49,274 bases of DNA, taken from contig JBBQFH010000026.1 in assembly GCA_038321865.1 (NCBI GenBank), forward strand, positions 1 to 49,274, written 5' to 3'. Position 1 is the stretch's first letter. Each line of letters opens with the position of its first letter. A program made the translations under genes and the position numbers. Below, one piece after another: positions 18,938 through 28,799 of this stretch. The stretch is from Gemmatimonadales bacterium (GTDB lineage: Bacteria > Gemmatimonadota > Gemmatimonadetes > Gemmatimonadales > GWC2-71-9). Under the pieces are notes generated by a model. That model saw only the letters and a list, made by a program, of their open reading frames with translations. It had not been told where the DNA came from and did not search any database.

Positions 18938-20208
18938 CGAAAGCGGATGCCATCCTTGAAGACCGCGCTCACCCGCCGGAGCGCGGACACGTCTCGCGTC
19001 GGATCCCCGCCTACCGCGACCAGGTCGGCGAGCATCCCGGGGGCGAGGCGGCCCACGCGGTCATCGACGTGGAACGTCCGGGCGTTGCCGCTCGTCGCGG
19101 ATCTGAGCGCCGCCAGCGGCGTCATCCCGTACTCGACCATCAGCTCCAGTTCACGCACGTTTTCGCCGTGGGGAAATACCCCGACGTCGCCGCCGAAGCA
19201 GATGTTGACGCCGGCGTCCAGCGCGGCGCGGAAACTGGCGTGCTTCTCCGTCACGTCCGCTGGCACCTCACCTTGCCCCTTGATCCATCCCGCGAAATAC
19301 TGCGCATAGGCTTCCCCCGCGGCCAGTGTCGGGCACAGCGTGACGCCGTGCTGCTTCATCAAACGAAAGATTTCCGGGGTCCCCGCATCCCCGTGCTCCA
19401 CCGTCTCGACTCCCGCGAGCACCGCCCGGCGCATGCCCTCGGCGGTGCTCGCGTGCGCCACGACCGGCCGGCCGTAGCCGCGCGCGGCCTGGACCAGCAC
19501 CCTGAGCTCCTCCGCGGTGAAGGTCGCGATGGCCTGGCCGCCCGGACCGGCCGAGTAGTCCGCGTAGACCTTGATCCAGTCGGCACCGCGACCGATCTGG
19601 CTTCGCACGACTCGGGCAATCTCCTCCGCCCCGCTCGCCTCCTCGGCACCCTGGGGCGGATCGAAGGCATAATTCGCCCGGCGAGGGCCGTAGGCTCCCG
19701 TCGCGACGATCGCCCGGGTCGTCACGATCATGCGGGGCCCCGGAACGATCCCGCGCTCGATCGCGCGCTTCAGTTGCACGTCGTTGTCCAGCGCCCCTTC
19801 GGTGCCGAGATCGCGTGTGGTCGTGATCCCGGCGCGCAGTGTCGCCGCGGCGTGGGCAACCGCTTCCGCCATTCGGTACCCGAGCGGCTCCTTGAGAACC
19901 TGGTCATCCCACAGGGTTTCGTTGTACGGGTGGAGGAACAGGTGGGAATGGCCCTCGATCAGGCCGGGAATGAGCGTGGTGCCGGGAAGCGCCACCCGCT
20001 CCGCCCCGGCGGCGTCGATCCGCGCGGCCGGCCCAACCGCCTCGATGCGCCGGCCGTGCAGCAGCACCGCCCAGCCGCGCTCGGGAGAGTCGGCGATCCC
20101 GTCCCATACCGCGTCTGGCAGGAGCAGCGTGCGCCTGGCCGAATCGCTTCGGACCTGTGCGCCCAGTCCAGCCGGCAGGAGGAATAGCAGCAGCAGAGCC
20201 CTGGACAT
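18934..20208 (-). CDS. Metal-dependent amidohydrolase (Xaa-Pro dipeptidase-like), secreted
   Basis: PGLIEGHSHL (HxH), GITTTRDLG, WIKVY, VAHA, VEHG, GGDVG, ADLVAV. Signal peptide MSRALLLLFLLPAGLGA. Start could be 20214. Confidence 0.88.
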   Translation of the reverse strand: MSRALLLLFLLPAGLGAQVRSDSARRTLLLPDAVWDGIADSPERGWAVLLHGRRIEAVGPAARIDAAGAERVALPGTTLIPGLIEGHSHLFLHPYNETLWDDQVLKEPLGYRMAEAVAHAAATLRAGITTTRDLGTEGALDNDVQLKRAIERGIVPGPRMIVTTRAIVATGAYGPRRANYAFDPPQGAEEASGAEEIARVVRSQIGRGADWIKVYADYSAGPGGQAIATFTAEELRVLVQAARGYGRPVVAHASTAEGMRRAVLAGVETVEHGDAGTPEIFRLMKQHGVTLCPTLAAGEAYAQYFAGWIKGQGEVPADVTEKHASFRAALDAGVNICFGGDVGVFPHGENVRELELMVEYGMTPLAALRSATSGNARTFHVDDRVGRLAPGMLADLVAVGGDPTRDVSALRRVSAVFKDGIRFR

Positions 20209-20333
20209 GTGCATCGCCTTGGCGTGTTCGGGTTGGAAGGGTGTCGGACCGTCGAAGTTGCCGCCTCCGGGGCCGGGGCGCCAGCACGAGACTGCAGCGT
20301 TGCCCGGCTCGCCGGGCGCGACCACATTCCTGC

Positions 20334-20792
20334 ATGCATGTCCGCGTTGCGCTCCGGGCCGACGAAGCGGCCATCCTTCCGCTCACCGATCGCCTCGCCG
20401 ATTTCCCGCTTCCGCCGGGTCGGACCGCGCGCGAGATCGCGGTTGCCGACCATATCATGCTCCGCGCGCAGCTCGCCGCGCCGGCTGCCGACGTGATCTT
20501 CCTCGTCGCCGAAGATGCCGGAGCCGTGGTCGGCACCGTATTCGCCAACACCCGGCAGGACTACTTCACGGGAGCCCCTCACGCCTACGTCGAAGTATTG
20601 GCGGTGGCGGAGGCGGCGGCGGGACGCGGTGTTGCACGTCTCCTGATGGGAACCGTCGAAGGGTGGGCGCTGTCGCGCGGCTGCGGCAAGATCGAGCTGT
20701 CCGTCTTCGCGGCGAACGAGCGTGCACGCGGGTTCTACGAGCACCTCGGGTACCAGCCGGAGCTCGTCCGTTACGTGAAGCGGTTCGCGTAG
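20334..20792 (+). CDS. GNAT family N-acetyltransferase
   Basis: LAVAEAAAGRGVARLLM (acetyl-CoA loop), LSVFAANERARGFYEHLGY. Confidence 0.88.
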   Translation: MHVRVALRADEAAILPLTDRLADFPLPPGRTAREIAVADHIMLRAQLAAPAADVIFLVAEDAGAVVGTVFANTRQDYFTGAPHAYVEVLAVAEAAAGRGVARLLMGTVEGWALSRGCGKIELSVFAANERARGFYEHLGYQPELVRYVKRFA

Positions 20793-20833
20793 TTCAGCCG
20801 GCCGGCCGACACGGACCATCTGCAGATCATCCG

Positions 20834-20878
20834 GGTGTTCGGACCGGTCCCGACGGAGGCGGACCGGCCGAGAACACC
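20834..20878. terminator. GC-rich hairpin between convergent genes
   Basis: GGTGTTC..CCGGTCC pairs with GGACCGG..GAACACC between the GNAT and lipoprotein stops. No strong U-tract. Confidence 0.4.
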
Positions 20879-20884
20879 TTCTGA

Positions 20885-21334
20885 TCACGGGTCGAGCGTA
20901 AACGTCGCCGTTCGGTTGGGATCGGCACCGCCCGCCAGGAAATCGCAGTCCCGCCCGCCGTAGGTCCCGGTGAGCTTGCCGTTGCTGATCGTCGCGGTAC
21001 CGCTGAGTGTCCCGCCGCAGCGGCTTGCCGGTGGGGCGGGATTGAGCGTGACGGTGAACGTCAGCGTCCCGTTCGCCACCGTTCCGGCGACGGTGCCCGA
21101 GTCGGCATAGGTGGTCGTGATCGAATCGGCATAGCTTCCGGTCACGGTCGTGCCGGTCTCCGTCAGGTTCATCCGGAGAAACGGACCATAGATTCCCCCA
21201 CCCTTGTTCTCGCTGATCACTCCGTGCCAGTTGCCCGTGAAGCTGCCGCCGCCGGGCCCGGTGCTGTCGCTGCTGCATCCCGCGACGGCCGTGGCCAGCA
21301 GGGTGATGAGGAGTGGCATCGTTCTGGGCTGCAT
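20885..21334 (-). CDS. Hypothetical lipoprotein (small beta-rich, Thr/Gly-rich)
   Basis: Lipobox VAGC after a hydrophobic signal; beta-strand pattern; two further Cys. Start uncertain. Confidence 0.7.
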   Translation of the reverse strand: MQPRTMPLLITLLATAVAGCSSDSTGPGGGSFTGNWHGVISENKGGGIYGPFLRMNLTETGTTVTGSYADSITTTYADSGTVAGTVANGTLTFTVTLNPAPPASRCGGTLSGTATISNGKLTGTYGGRDCDFLAGGADPNRTATFTLDP

Positions 21335-21453
21335 GGCATTCTCCGGTTGGATTGGTTGAAGGGTCCCGAAATCGGCCGTATCTTGGGCAGCCGGTCTCAA
21401 TCCGCCCTCACCTCGCCCTTACCTCGATGCTCCGGGACCCGATTCCTGTGCCG

Positions 21454-24174
21454 ATGCTGCGTTTTCGCACGCTCGGAGGGCTGGACATCGAAGGCGGATC
21501 CGGGAACGCTCCGGCCGCCGTCCTGGCGCAGCCGCGGCGCACCGCGCTCCTCCTCTACCTCGCGTTGGCGCCGGGATACGTGCGGCGCGACGAACTCGCC
21601 GCGCTCTTCTGGCGGGATAGCGACGCGGCTCACGCCCGCGGGTCGCTGAGCCAGGCACTCCATTTCCTCAGGCGGCAGCTGGGTGACGACGTGATCTGCA
21701 CCCGCGGCGCGGAGGAGGTCGGGATCGACCGTTCCGTCCTCGCAACCGACGCCGTTGAGATGATTGCGCTGCTCGAGGCCGGAGAGAACGCCGCCGGACT
21801 CGCTCTCTACCGCGGTGAGCTGGCCCCGGCGTTCCATCTCTCCGATGCCCCCGAAATCGAGCAGTGGCTCGACGGCGCGCGTGCCGAGCTGCGTGGACGG
21901 GCCGCGCGGGCGGCTGCACGCCTGCGAGACTCCGCGGCGGCGCAGGGCAATCTCGATCACGCCGTTCGCTGGGGGCGCCAGGCGCTCGAGCTGGCGGCGT
22001 ATGACGAGGCGGCACTCTGCGCGCTGCTGACCACGCTCGACCGCGCGGGGGACCGCGGTGCCGCGGTGGCGGCCTACGACACCTTCGCGACCCGCCTCGC
22101 CACCGATCTCGACGTAGCTCCGTCACCGGAAACCCAGGCGGTCCTGGCCCGAATTCGCGAGCGGAGCACCGGCCGCACCTCGGACCCCGCCGTGAATCCC
22201 GGCATCATCGCCGCAAACGAATTGACGGATTGGCGCCCGGCCCGGGGATCGCGGCGCCTTACGATTCTTGCCGCCCTGGGGGGAGCCGGGGCGCTGGCGC
22301 TGCTAGCGGCCCTCGCGACCAGCTCCGCGGCGCCCCGCGTCGCCGCGGGCGACAGGATCGCCGTGCTCCCGTTCGCCGTGGCAGGCGACTCGGCGCTCGG
22401 CTACCTGCGCGAGGGAATGGCGGACCTAGTGAGCACCCGGCTCGAAGGCCTCGGCGCCGCGCAGGCGATCGACCCCAGCGCACTGTTCGGCTGGCTTCGA
22501 TCCTCCCCCGGCGCACCCGATCCCACCTTGGGCCGGCGCGCGGCGGAGCGGTTTTCCGCCACGGCCTTCGTGCTGGGACGGGTGGTGGAGGTGGGGAACC
22601 GGGTCGACGCGCGTGCGGCGCTGTACGACCAGCGCGGATCACTGATCACGAGCGCATCGGCCAGTGGCGGACGCGGCGAGGTCGACCGCATCGCCGCGCA
22701 ACTCACCCGGGCGCTGGTCGCGGGAGGCATGACTTCGCCTGGCAACCGGCTCGCTCGCATCGCCGTCCTGGGCAGCGAGTCAGAACCTGCGCTCCGTGCG
22801 TATCTCGAAGGAGAGCGCGCCCTGCGGGCAACGCAGTACGCGGCGGCCGCCGACGATTTCCGCCGCGCCGTCGCCGCTGATTCGATGCTCGCACTCGGCT
22901 GGTTTCGCCTGGGCACCGCACTCGAATGGATCGCCGCGGGGGGTCCGGAGCGGCGTGCGGCACTCGAGCGCGCACGCCTGCTCTCCGACCGGCTCAGCGA
23001 GCGGGAGCAGCTCCTGCTACGGGGCTTCTACGCCTACAGCTATGGATCGCTCGCCGAGGCGGAGGATCTCTTCCGGCGGCTGGTGAGGCAGTATCCGGAG
23101 GATCTCGATGCGTGGTATGGCCTGGCGGAGGTGGAATTCCACGGCGGCGCCTTCCGCGGCCGGCCTGCGATCGAAAGTGAGCGCGCCTTTCGGGAGATCA
23201 TTTCTCTCGACCACGACAATCTCGACGCTCGCCTCCACCTCACCCGCATCCTCGCGCTGAAGCATGATTCGGCGGGCCTCGATTCCCTGCTGGCGACCAC
23301 CTTGCCGCTTCTGACCGAAGGGGACGATCAGGCGATCCGCCTCCGGCTCCTCAGGGCATATGCCTTCGGAACGCGGGCATTGCAGGATTCTCTGCTCGGG
23401 ACGCTGGCGTCGGTCGCCGATCTCGATCTCGGCACTATCGCCGCCAGCCTGGCGACGATGACCGGCAATTACGACGGGGCGGCCCGGGTCGCCGCGCTTC
23501 TCCTGGCGCCTTCCCGGACACCTCGGGCACGGCTCACCGGCAGAATCCAGCGCACCTTCGACGCGCTCGCCTCGGGCTCGTGGTCCCGGGCACAGACCGA
23601 GCTGTCGGCGCTGGCCTTGCTCGATCCCGAGACCGCGATCCAGCTCGGTGGTGCCACCGCCGCGCTCCCATTTGCCGTCATGCCGCCGGCCGAGCGTGAC
23701 TCGATCGAGGCGCTCGTCCGCGCATTCAACCCGGTCCAGCCACCTTCCGAGCTTTGGCGCTCGGCCTTCGGCACGATCGAACCAGTGCGCCGCGCCCAGC
23801 GGCTCTGGCTGCTCTCCGTCATCGCCACGCGCCGGGGGGATGCCCTCGCCGCCGGTCGCTGGGCCGACTCGCTGCACTCGGCCGCCGACTCGATCGCGCG
23901 GGAGTGGGGCCTGGAGCAGACCGCGCGCGCGACCGCGCTGCTGAGCCGCGGCCGGCCCGCTGATGCGCTGGCGATGCTGGAGACCATCCGGCGTACCGGC
24001 TCGCTGTCGTCGTTCCCGCGCACGGTCCTGTACACCCATGCGTTTGAGCGATCGGTGCGCGCCACCGCCTATGAGCAGCTGGGGCGCAGGGAGGAGGCGG
24101 CCGCCTGGCGGCGCACCTATCGATCGTATCTCTCACTGGCGGATCTGCCGTTCGAGCGGGGGAGCCGCGAGTAA
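21454..24174 (+). CDS. Membrane-anchored SARP/BTAD transcriptional regulator with TolB-N-like and TPR sensor region
   Basis: LRFRTLGGLDI, ALLLYLAL, RRDELAALFW, SLSQALHFLRRQLG, LYRGEL, DVAPSPET; TM segment; RIAVLPF; TPR-like helices. Confidence 0.85.
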   Translation: MLRFRTLGGLDIEGGSGNAPAAVLAQPRRTALLLYLALAPGYVRRDELAALFWRDSDAAHARGSLSQALHFLRRQLGDDVICTRGAEEVGIDRSVLATDAVEMIALLEAGENAAGLALYRGELAPAFHLSDAPEIEQWLDGARAELRGRAARAAARLRDSAAAQGNLDHAVRWGRQALELAAYDEAALCALLTTLDRAGDRGAAVAAYDTFATRLATDLDVAPSPETQAVLARIRERSTGRTSDPAVNPGIIAANELTDWRPARGSRRLTILAALGGAGALALLAALATSSAAPRVAAGDRIAVLPFAVAGDSALGYLREGMADLVSTRLEGLGAAQAIDPSALFGWLRSSPGAPDPTLGRRAAERFSATAFVLGRVVEVGNRVDARAALYDQRGSLITSASASGGRGEVDRIAAQLTRALVAGGMTSPGNRLARIAVLGSESEPALRAYLEGERALRATQYAAAADDFRRAVAADSMLALGWFRLGTALEWIAAGGPERRAALERARLLSDRLSEREQLLLRGFYAYSYGSLAEAEDLFRRLVRQYPEDLDAWYGLAEVEFHGGAFRGRPAIESERAFREIISLDHDNLDARLHLTRILALKHDSAGLDSLLATTLPLLTEGDDQAIRLRLLRAYAFGTRALQDSLLGTLASVADLDLGTIAASLATMTGNYDGAARVAALLLAPSRTPRARLTGRIQRTFDALASGSWSRAQTELSALALLDPETAIQLGGATAALPFAVMPPAERDSIEALVRAFNPVQPPSELWRSAFGTIEPVRRAQRLWLLSVIATRRGDALAAGRWADSLHSAADSIAREWGLEQTARATALLSRGRPADALAMLETIRRTGSLSSFPRTVLYTHAFERSVRATAYEQLGRREEAAAWRRTYRSYLSLADLPFERGSRE

Positions 24175-24182
24175 CCTGAGCG

Positions 24183-24590
24183 TTACACGTCGTAATCCAG
24201 CTCACAACTCGCGCCGTCCTTCGTCGAGGCGAGTCGGCCGGTGCCCCGGATGCCGGCCAGATCGCCGGTGCCCGAGCCCTCCAGGATCGTGAGGGCCGAG
24301 GTCGCGGCGCCTTTCTCGAAGGTGCCCCCTTCCTCCATCACGAACGTTCCCGGCACCCCATTCAGCCGTCCCGTTACCCGCAGCAGCCCCACGTAGCGTG
24401 CGCGCGACCCGTGCGGGTCCTTCGCGTCGACGTACGAGTAGAACATCAGATATTCGACAGCCGCTTGACCATCGAGCGCCCCGCTGAAGGCGAACGTGAC
24501 CGATGCGCGGGTCGTTTTCACGTCGGACGAGATCTGGTCCAGCGTCGTCTCGTCCCACTTGATGGGCTTGAATGCCGCACTGGCTTTCAT
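24183..24590 (-). CDS. DUF3224 family protein
   Basis: FSGALDG, EYLMFY, YVGLLRVTGRLNG..GTFV, GSGTGDLAGIRG; GGAGGG RBS. Confidence 0.8.
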   Translation of the reverse strand: MKASAAFKPIKWDETTLDQISSDVKTTRASVTFAFSGALDGQAAVEYLMFYSYVDAKDPHGSRARYVGLLRVTGRLNGVPGTFVMEEGGTFEKGAATSALTILEGSGTGDLAGIRGTGRLASTKDGASCELDYDV

Positions 24591-24626
24591 CGGTCCCTCC
24601 CGGTTGAACTGAATATATCTTCCCGC

Positions 24627-25077
24627 ATGCAGCTTCTCGCGCTCTCCGGCAGCCTTCGCGCGGCGTCCTCGAACACCGCCCTGCTCCGCGCCGCCGCCGG
24701 CCTCGCCCCGGCCGCAGTGCCGATCATCCTGTACGACCGGCTGGGCGAACTGCCTCACTTCAGTCCTGACCTCCAGGACGACCTGCCTCCGGCCGCCGTG
24801 TCCCTTCGGGCGGCGGTCGCCCGGGCGGATGGACTGCTGATTTCCTGCCCCGAATATGCCCACGGCGTGCCCGGCTCGTTCAAGAACGCGCTCGATTGGC
24901 TCGTGGGCGGGCCCGAGTTTCTCAACAAGCCGGATCAGCGCGGCGGGATCGCACACGCTGCCACTGCTGAGCGGAATCGTGGACGAGGCGCGGATCGTGA
25001 ACGACCGGGCCGTGTCCGACGACATCCGGGCGGCGCTGGCCAGATTCATCGCGGAAATAGGTCGTGGCCCGCAATGA
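24627..25077 (+). pseudogene. NADPH-dependent FMN reductase with internal deletion and frameshift
   Basis: LSGSLRAASSN, LPHF and PEYAHGVPGSFKNALDWL..KP, then the frame breaks at about 24931. The family-like C-terminus (TLPLL..IVND..IRAAL) resumes in another frame and ends at 25077. Confidence 0.7.
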
Positions 25078-25167
25078 TTGCGTGAGCGTCCTCACTGTAT
25101 CGGTGCCCCGGGGCGGCTAATGTGTCCCCGCGCCATCCGACCACTCACCCGGAGCGATGAGGAGCCC

Positions 25168-25668
25168 ATGGAACTCGATACGCTGCAGTCGCTGTACATA
25201 GATGAGCTGAAGGACCTTTGGAGCGCCGAGAAGCAGATCCTCCGGGCCCTGCCGAAGATGATTAAGGCGGTCACCCACCGTGACCTCAAGCGCGCCTTCA
25301 CGACCCACGAACGTCAGACGCGGCAGCACGTCGCCCGGCTCGAGCGCATCTGCAAGCAGCTCGGCGTGAGCCCGCGGGGCAAGAAGTGCGAAGGGATGGA
25401 AGGGTTGCTCAAGGAAGGCTCCGGCCTGATTCGCGAGCGCCCTGAAGCCGATGTGCTCGATGCCGGCCTGCTGTCCGCGGCCCAGCATGTGGAGCATTAC
25501 GAGATGGCCGGCTATGGCACCGTCCGGACCTGGGCCCGGCTCCTCGGCCGGAACGATCAGGCGGACGTGCTGCAGCAGACGCTGGACGAAGAGGGCGAGA
25601 CCGACCACCTTCTGACAGACCTGGCCGAACGGCTGATCAACGTAGAGGCGATGAACGACGAGGACTGA
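25168..25668 (+). CDS. Ferritin-like DUF892 (YciE/YciF family) stress protein
   Basis: ELKDLWSAEKQ, HERQT..HVARLE, KCEGMEGLLKEG, AQHVEHYEMAGYG, TLDEEGETD; GAGGAG RBS. Confidence 0.92.
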   Translation: MELDTLQSLYIDELKDLWSAEKQILRALPKMIKAVTHRDLKRAFTTHERQTRQHVARLERICKQLGVSPRGKKCEGMEGLLKEGSGLIRERPEADVLDAGLLSAAQHVEHYEMAGYGTVRTWARLLGRNDQADVLQQTLDEEGETDHLLTDLAERLINVEAMNDED

Positions 25669-25844
25669 ACGGGAACAACTGCAGGGATCCCGGTGACCAG
25701 GGTCGTGTCGCCGGCTCCCTCATCCCCCCGCCTGCCAGTGGTGGCGACCTACCAGCCGGTGGGGCCCCAGGCGGCCAGCGAAGATCCGCTCTGACCGCTG
25801 CGGCGGGTCTCGCGGATCGGACGGAGGATGGTAGCTTGAACTCC

Positions 25845-26279
25845 ATGTCAACCTTCGCATCGACTCGGCGCGACTTCCTCTCCGGATGCGCTGCGGCGCT
25901 GGTCATCCGCCTCGGCCCGGTCCGGCTCCATGCACGCTGCGGGGCAGAACTCGGGCCGCGGCGTGCGCCGCATCCAACCCCGCGCCCCGGCATCGACGGA
26001 TCGAAAGTCCTGTCTGTCGAAAAGCTGACCGATACGCCGGACGCAATTCCGGCCTTCGAGGCTGCCCGCAAGGTCCCCCAGATCCTCGACGGCATCCGTT
26101 GCCACTGCGGTTGTGCCGACCTCAAGGGCTTTTATTCGCTGCTCAGCTGCTACGAAGGGGACGGCATGGCGCGTATGTGTGTGATCTGCCAGGGTCAGGC
26201 CCGGCTGGCGGCCCGGCTCTTCGGCGCGGGACGCTCGCTGGATGAAATTCGTGCCGCGATCGATGCGAGGTTTGGATGA
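25845..26279 (+). CDS. Tat-exported Cys-rich protein, PCYCGC-motif-like
   Basis: Twin-arginine motif TRRDFL; LDGIRCHCGC, LLSCY, CVIC, IRAAIDARF. Confidence 0.75.
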   Translation: MSTFASTRRDFLSGCAAALVIRLGPVRLHARCGAELGPRRAPHPTPRPGIDGSKVLSVEKLTDTPDAIPAFEAARKVPQILDGIRCHCGCADLKGFYSLLSCYEGDGMARMCVICQGQARLAARLFGAGRSLDEIRAAIDARFG

Positions 26280-27160
26280 GGGGCGTCCCGCTTGCATTGG
26301 CGCTGACCATCTGGTCGGCCGTGCCTCTTGCGGCCCAGATCCGCGCAAGCGAGCGCGCCCGCACGACCCAGGTCGTTGACGGGACGACGATCACCCTGGA
26401 CTACGCCCGTCCGCGCGTGCGAGGACGGCCGCGGGTTTTCGGCGGCGCCGTCAAGTGGGGTGAAGTGTGGACCCCGGGCGCCAACATGGCTACCACGCTC
26501 GAGACCGATCACGACATCACCGTCGACGGCCATGCGGTTCCCAAGGGTAAGTATTCGGTCTGGATGGTCCTGGACAGCGCGACACGCTGGACCATGGTGC
26601 TCGATACCCTCTGGGAGCAATACCACGAAGACCGGCCGCCCGCCCGCGCCGGTCAAATCCGCTGGCCGATCACACCCGCCTCTGCTCCGCTCACGGAGGC
26701 GCTGACCTGGACCTTTCCCGAGATTACGGCGACCGGCGGCACCCTCCGGATGGCGTGGGCAGATCGAGCGGTCTCGCTGCCGTTCATGGTGCCGGCCAGT
26801 CACCCGGTGACCACCGCGAGCGGCGAGGCGGCGCCGCTGGTCGGCCGGTACAGGGTGAACTGGGTCAAGCCGGACGGGTCAGCCGATTCGTGGAATGCCG
26901 GCCAGACGCTGGAGGTGACCTACGAGAAGGGTGCCCTGCTGGGCCGCTGGAATCCAAAACTTTGGGGCCCGGACGACAGGACGTACCTGATCCGCCTGGC
27001 ACGCAGCTGGTTCACACCCGGATTCATCGAGCACGGCCAGGTGGTGGACGTATTTACCGAGTGGGTCCTCGAGTTCGATGTCGCCGACGGCAGGGCGGCG
27101 GGCTTCGAAGTCCGTGGCGAACGCGACGACCTCTGGGCCAGAGGGGTGCGGATTCCGTAG
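26276..27160 (+). CDS. DUF2911 domain protein, secreted
   Basis: Signal peptide; ITLDYARP..RGR..FG..V.WG.VWTPGANMATT; VPKGKYSVW. ATGA overlap with the upstream gene. Confidence 0.85.
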   Translation: MRGVPLALALTIWSAVPLAAQIRASERARTTQVVDGTTITLDYARPRVRGRPRVFGGAVKWGEVWTPGANMATTLETDHDITVDGHAVPKGKYSVWMVLDSATRWTMVLDTLWEQYHEDRPPARAGQIRWPITPASAPLTEALTWTFPEITATGGTLRMAWADRAVSLPFMVPASHPVTTASGEAAPLVGRYRVNWVKPDGSADSWNAGQTLEVTYEKGALLGRWNPKLWGPDDRTYLIRLARSWFTPGFIEHGQVVDVFTEWVLEFDVADGRAAGFEVRGERDDLWARGVRIP

Positions 27161-27169
27161 CCCGCGCCG

Positions 27170-28714
27170 CTAGCGTGCACTCTTCCTCGGCATTCTGACG
27201 TCGCTCTGCGCGGCGTGCCAGACGTATGACGCCATGATCACCGCATTCTTCATCAGGTCCTCCGGCTGGATGGTGTCGTAGAAATCCAGGTTCGTGTGCC
27301 CGCCGGTTCCCGGCACCCGATCCTGCAGGAACTGAAAGCCCGGCAGCCCCGCCTCGTCGAACGACACATGGTCCGTGCTCCCCACGCTCTGGTTCGACAC
27401 GACCGTCATTCCCAGATCGCGGAACGGCTCCATCCACGCCGCAAGCAGGGTGCGCGCCGCCTCGTTCCCCTGCAGATAGATCCCCCGATACTGGCCCGGT
27501 CCGTAATCCTGGTTGAAGTAGGCGAACAGCCGATCGTAGTCCGGCTTCTTCGGCGCGGTGGAATCGTTCGGGTTGCCGAAGTGCTGCTTCACATAGGCGC
27601 GTGAACCCCAGAGTCCCTGCTCCTCGCCCGACCACAGGGCGACACGAATGGTGCGGCGCGGCCGCGCGCCGACGACCTTGAGGATTCGCATCGCCTCGAG
27701 AGCCACGGCGACGCCCGACGTGTTGTCGCTCGCGTTGGGACTCGCATGCCACGTGTCGAAATGCGCGCCGAGCATGACGACTTCGTTCTTGAGGTCACTG
27801 CCGGGAATCTCTCCCACGATGTTGACCGCCTGCTCGACCCGCTCCCCGATGCGATTCCGCACCTCCAGCTCGACCTTCACCGGGATTCCCCGCTTGAGGA
27901 TGCGGTACATCCGGTTGTAATGCTCGGGCGTGATGGCGATCATCGGCGGCGCCGCCGAATCACCGGCGGCGGACCAGCGGTCGGTGCGGGCGCCAGGACG
28001 GGAAAACCCGCGGACGGCGCCGAGCCAGCCGCTCTCGCTCTGCAGCACGGCGACGACGCCCTCCGCCCGATAGAACGCGGCCTTCTCCTCCGGCGTCAGG
28101 AGATCGGGGTTCCGCACGGAGCGCGCCGGCGTGGGGCGCGCCGGTGTGATCACCGTATGTTCGAGCGCGTCGAGCTGCGCGTCGGTGTAGCGCGGCACGC
28201 CATTGGTGAGCGGAGCCAGGTCGATCGCAGCCGGCGGCGTGGAGAGCACCGCCAGCCCCCTGAGCTTGCCACGCCAGGCATCGAGGTCCTGCCGGGTCAT
28301 CAGCTCCACGATCACCGCCTGCGCCACCCGCTTTCCATCGGTCCCCGGCGTGTGCGCGATGGGGTATCCGACCATCGGCGAATAGTCGGGCTCCAGCATG
28401 TGGAGCGAGACGTATTCATTGTCCCAGGCGGCGCCGAAGTCCATGAACGACTCCGCGGCGACGTTCAGCAGGCCGATCCGGGTCATCTCGCTCTTCACCC
28501 AGCCCTGCGCCCGCTGCATGTCGCGGGACAGCGTCAGCCGCGCGCCGAGCACGTCGGTCATGTAGCTCTCCAGATCCATGACCTGGGAGTGCTGGAGTCC
28601 TTCCTCCCGGATCCGGGCGACCATCACCCGGTCGATCGGCACCGGATCGGGCGACACGAACGCGGCGACGACGAGCAGGAGGCTGCAGGCAAGGAGTTTC
28701 GGGCGCAGCGGCAT
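27170..28714 (-). CDS. M28 family metallopeptidase (carboxypeptidase Q-like), secreted
   Basis: LGAHFD, ASDN, WSGEEQG, NQD, TDHVSF, GHTNLD; signal peptide from ATG 28714. Confidence 0.9.
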   Translation of the reverse strand: MPLRPKLLACSLLLVVAAFVSPDPVPIDRVMVARIREEGLQHSQVMDLESYMTDVLGARLTLSRDMQRAQGWVKSEMTRIGLLNVAAESFMDFGAAWDNEYVSLHMLEPDYSPMVGYPIAHTPGTDGKRVAQAVIVELMTRQDLDAWRGKLRGLAVLSTPPAAIDLAPLTNGVPRYTDAQLDALEHTVITPARPTPARSVRNPDLLTPEEKAAFYRAEGVVAVLQSESGWLGAVRGFSRPGARTDRWSAAGDSAAPPMIAITPEHYNRMYRILKRGIPVKVELEVRNRIGERVEQAVNIVGEIPGSDLKNEVVMLGAHFDTWHASPNASDNTSGVAVALEAMRILKVVGARPRRTIRVALWSGEEQGLWGSRAYVKQHFGNPNDSTAPKKPDYDRLFAYFNQDYGPGQYRGIYLQGNEAARTLLAAWMEPFRDLGMTVVSNQSVGSTDHVSFDEAGLPGFQFLQDRVPGTGGHTNLDFYDTIQPEDLMKNAVIMASYVWHAAQSDVRMPRKSAR

Positions 28715-28799
28715 GGCGTGTGGCCTCAGGCGTGGGATGCGGGAACGTCCCCTCCGGCGCAACCTAACGGAAGGCGATGATGCGAGGTTAGTTTCGCCC

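Noticed and set aside
25783..25818. GC-rich hairpin GATCCGC...GCGGATC in the yciF-like/PCYCGC intergenic region
   Set aside because: Single copy, no U-tract, no recognisable RNA family; such stems are common at this GC content.
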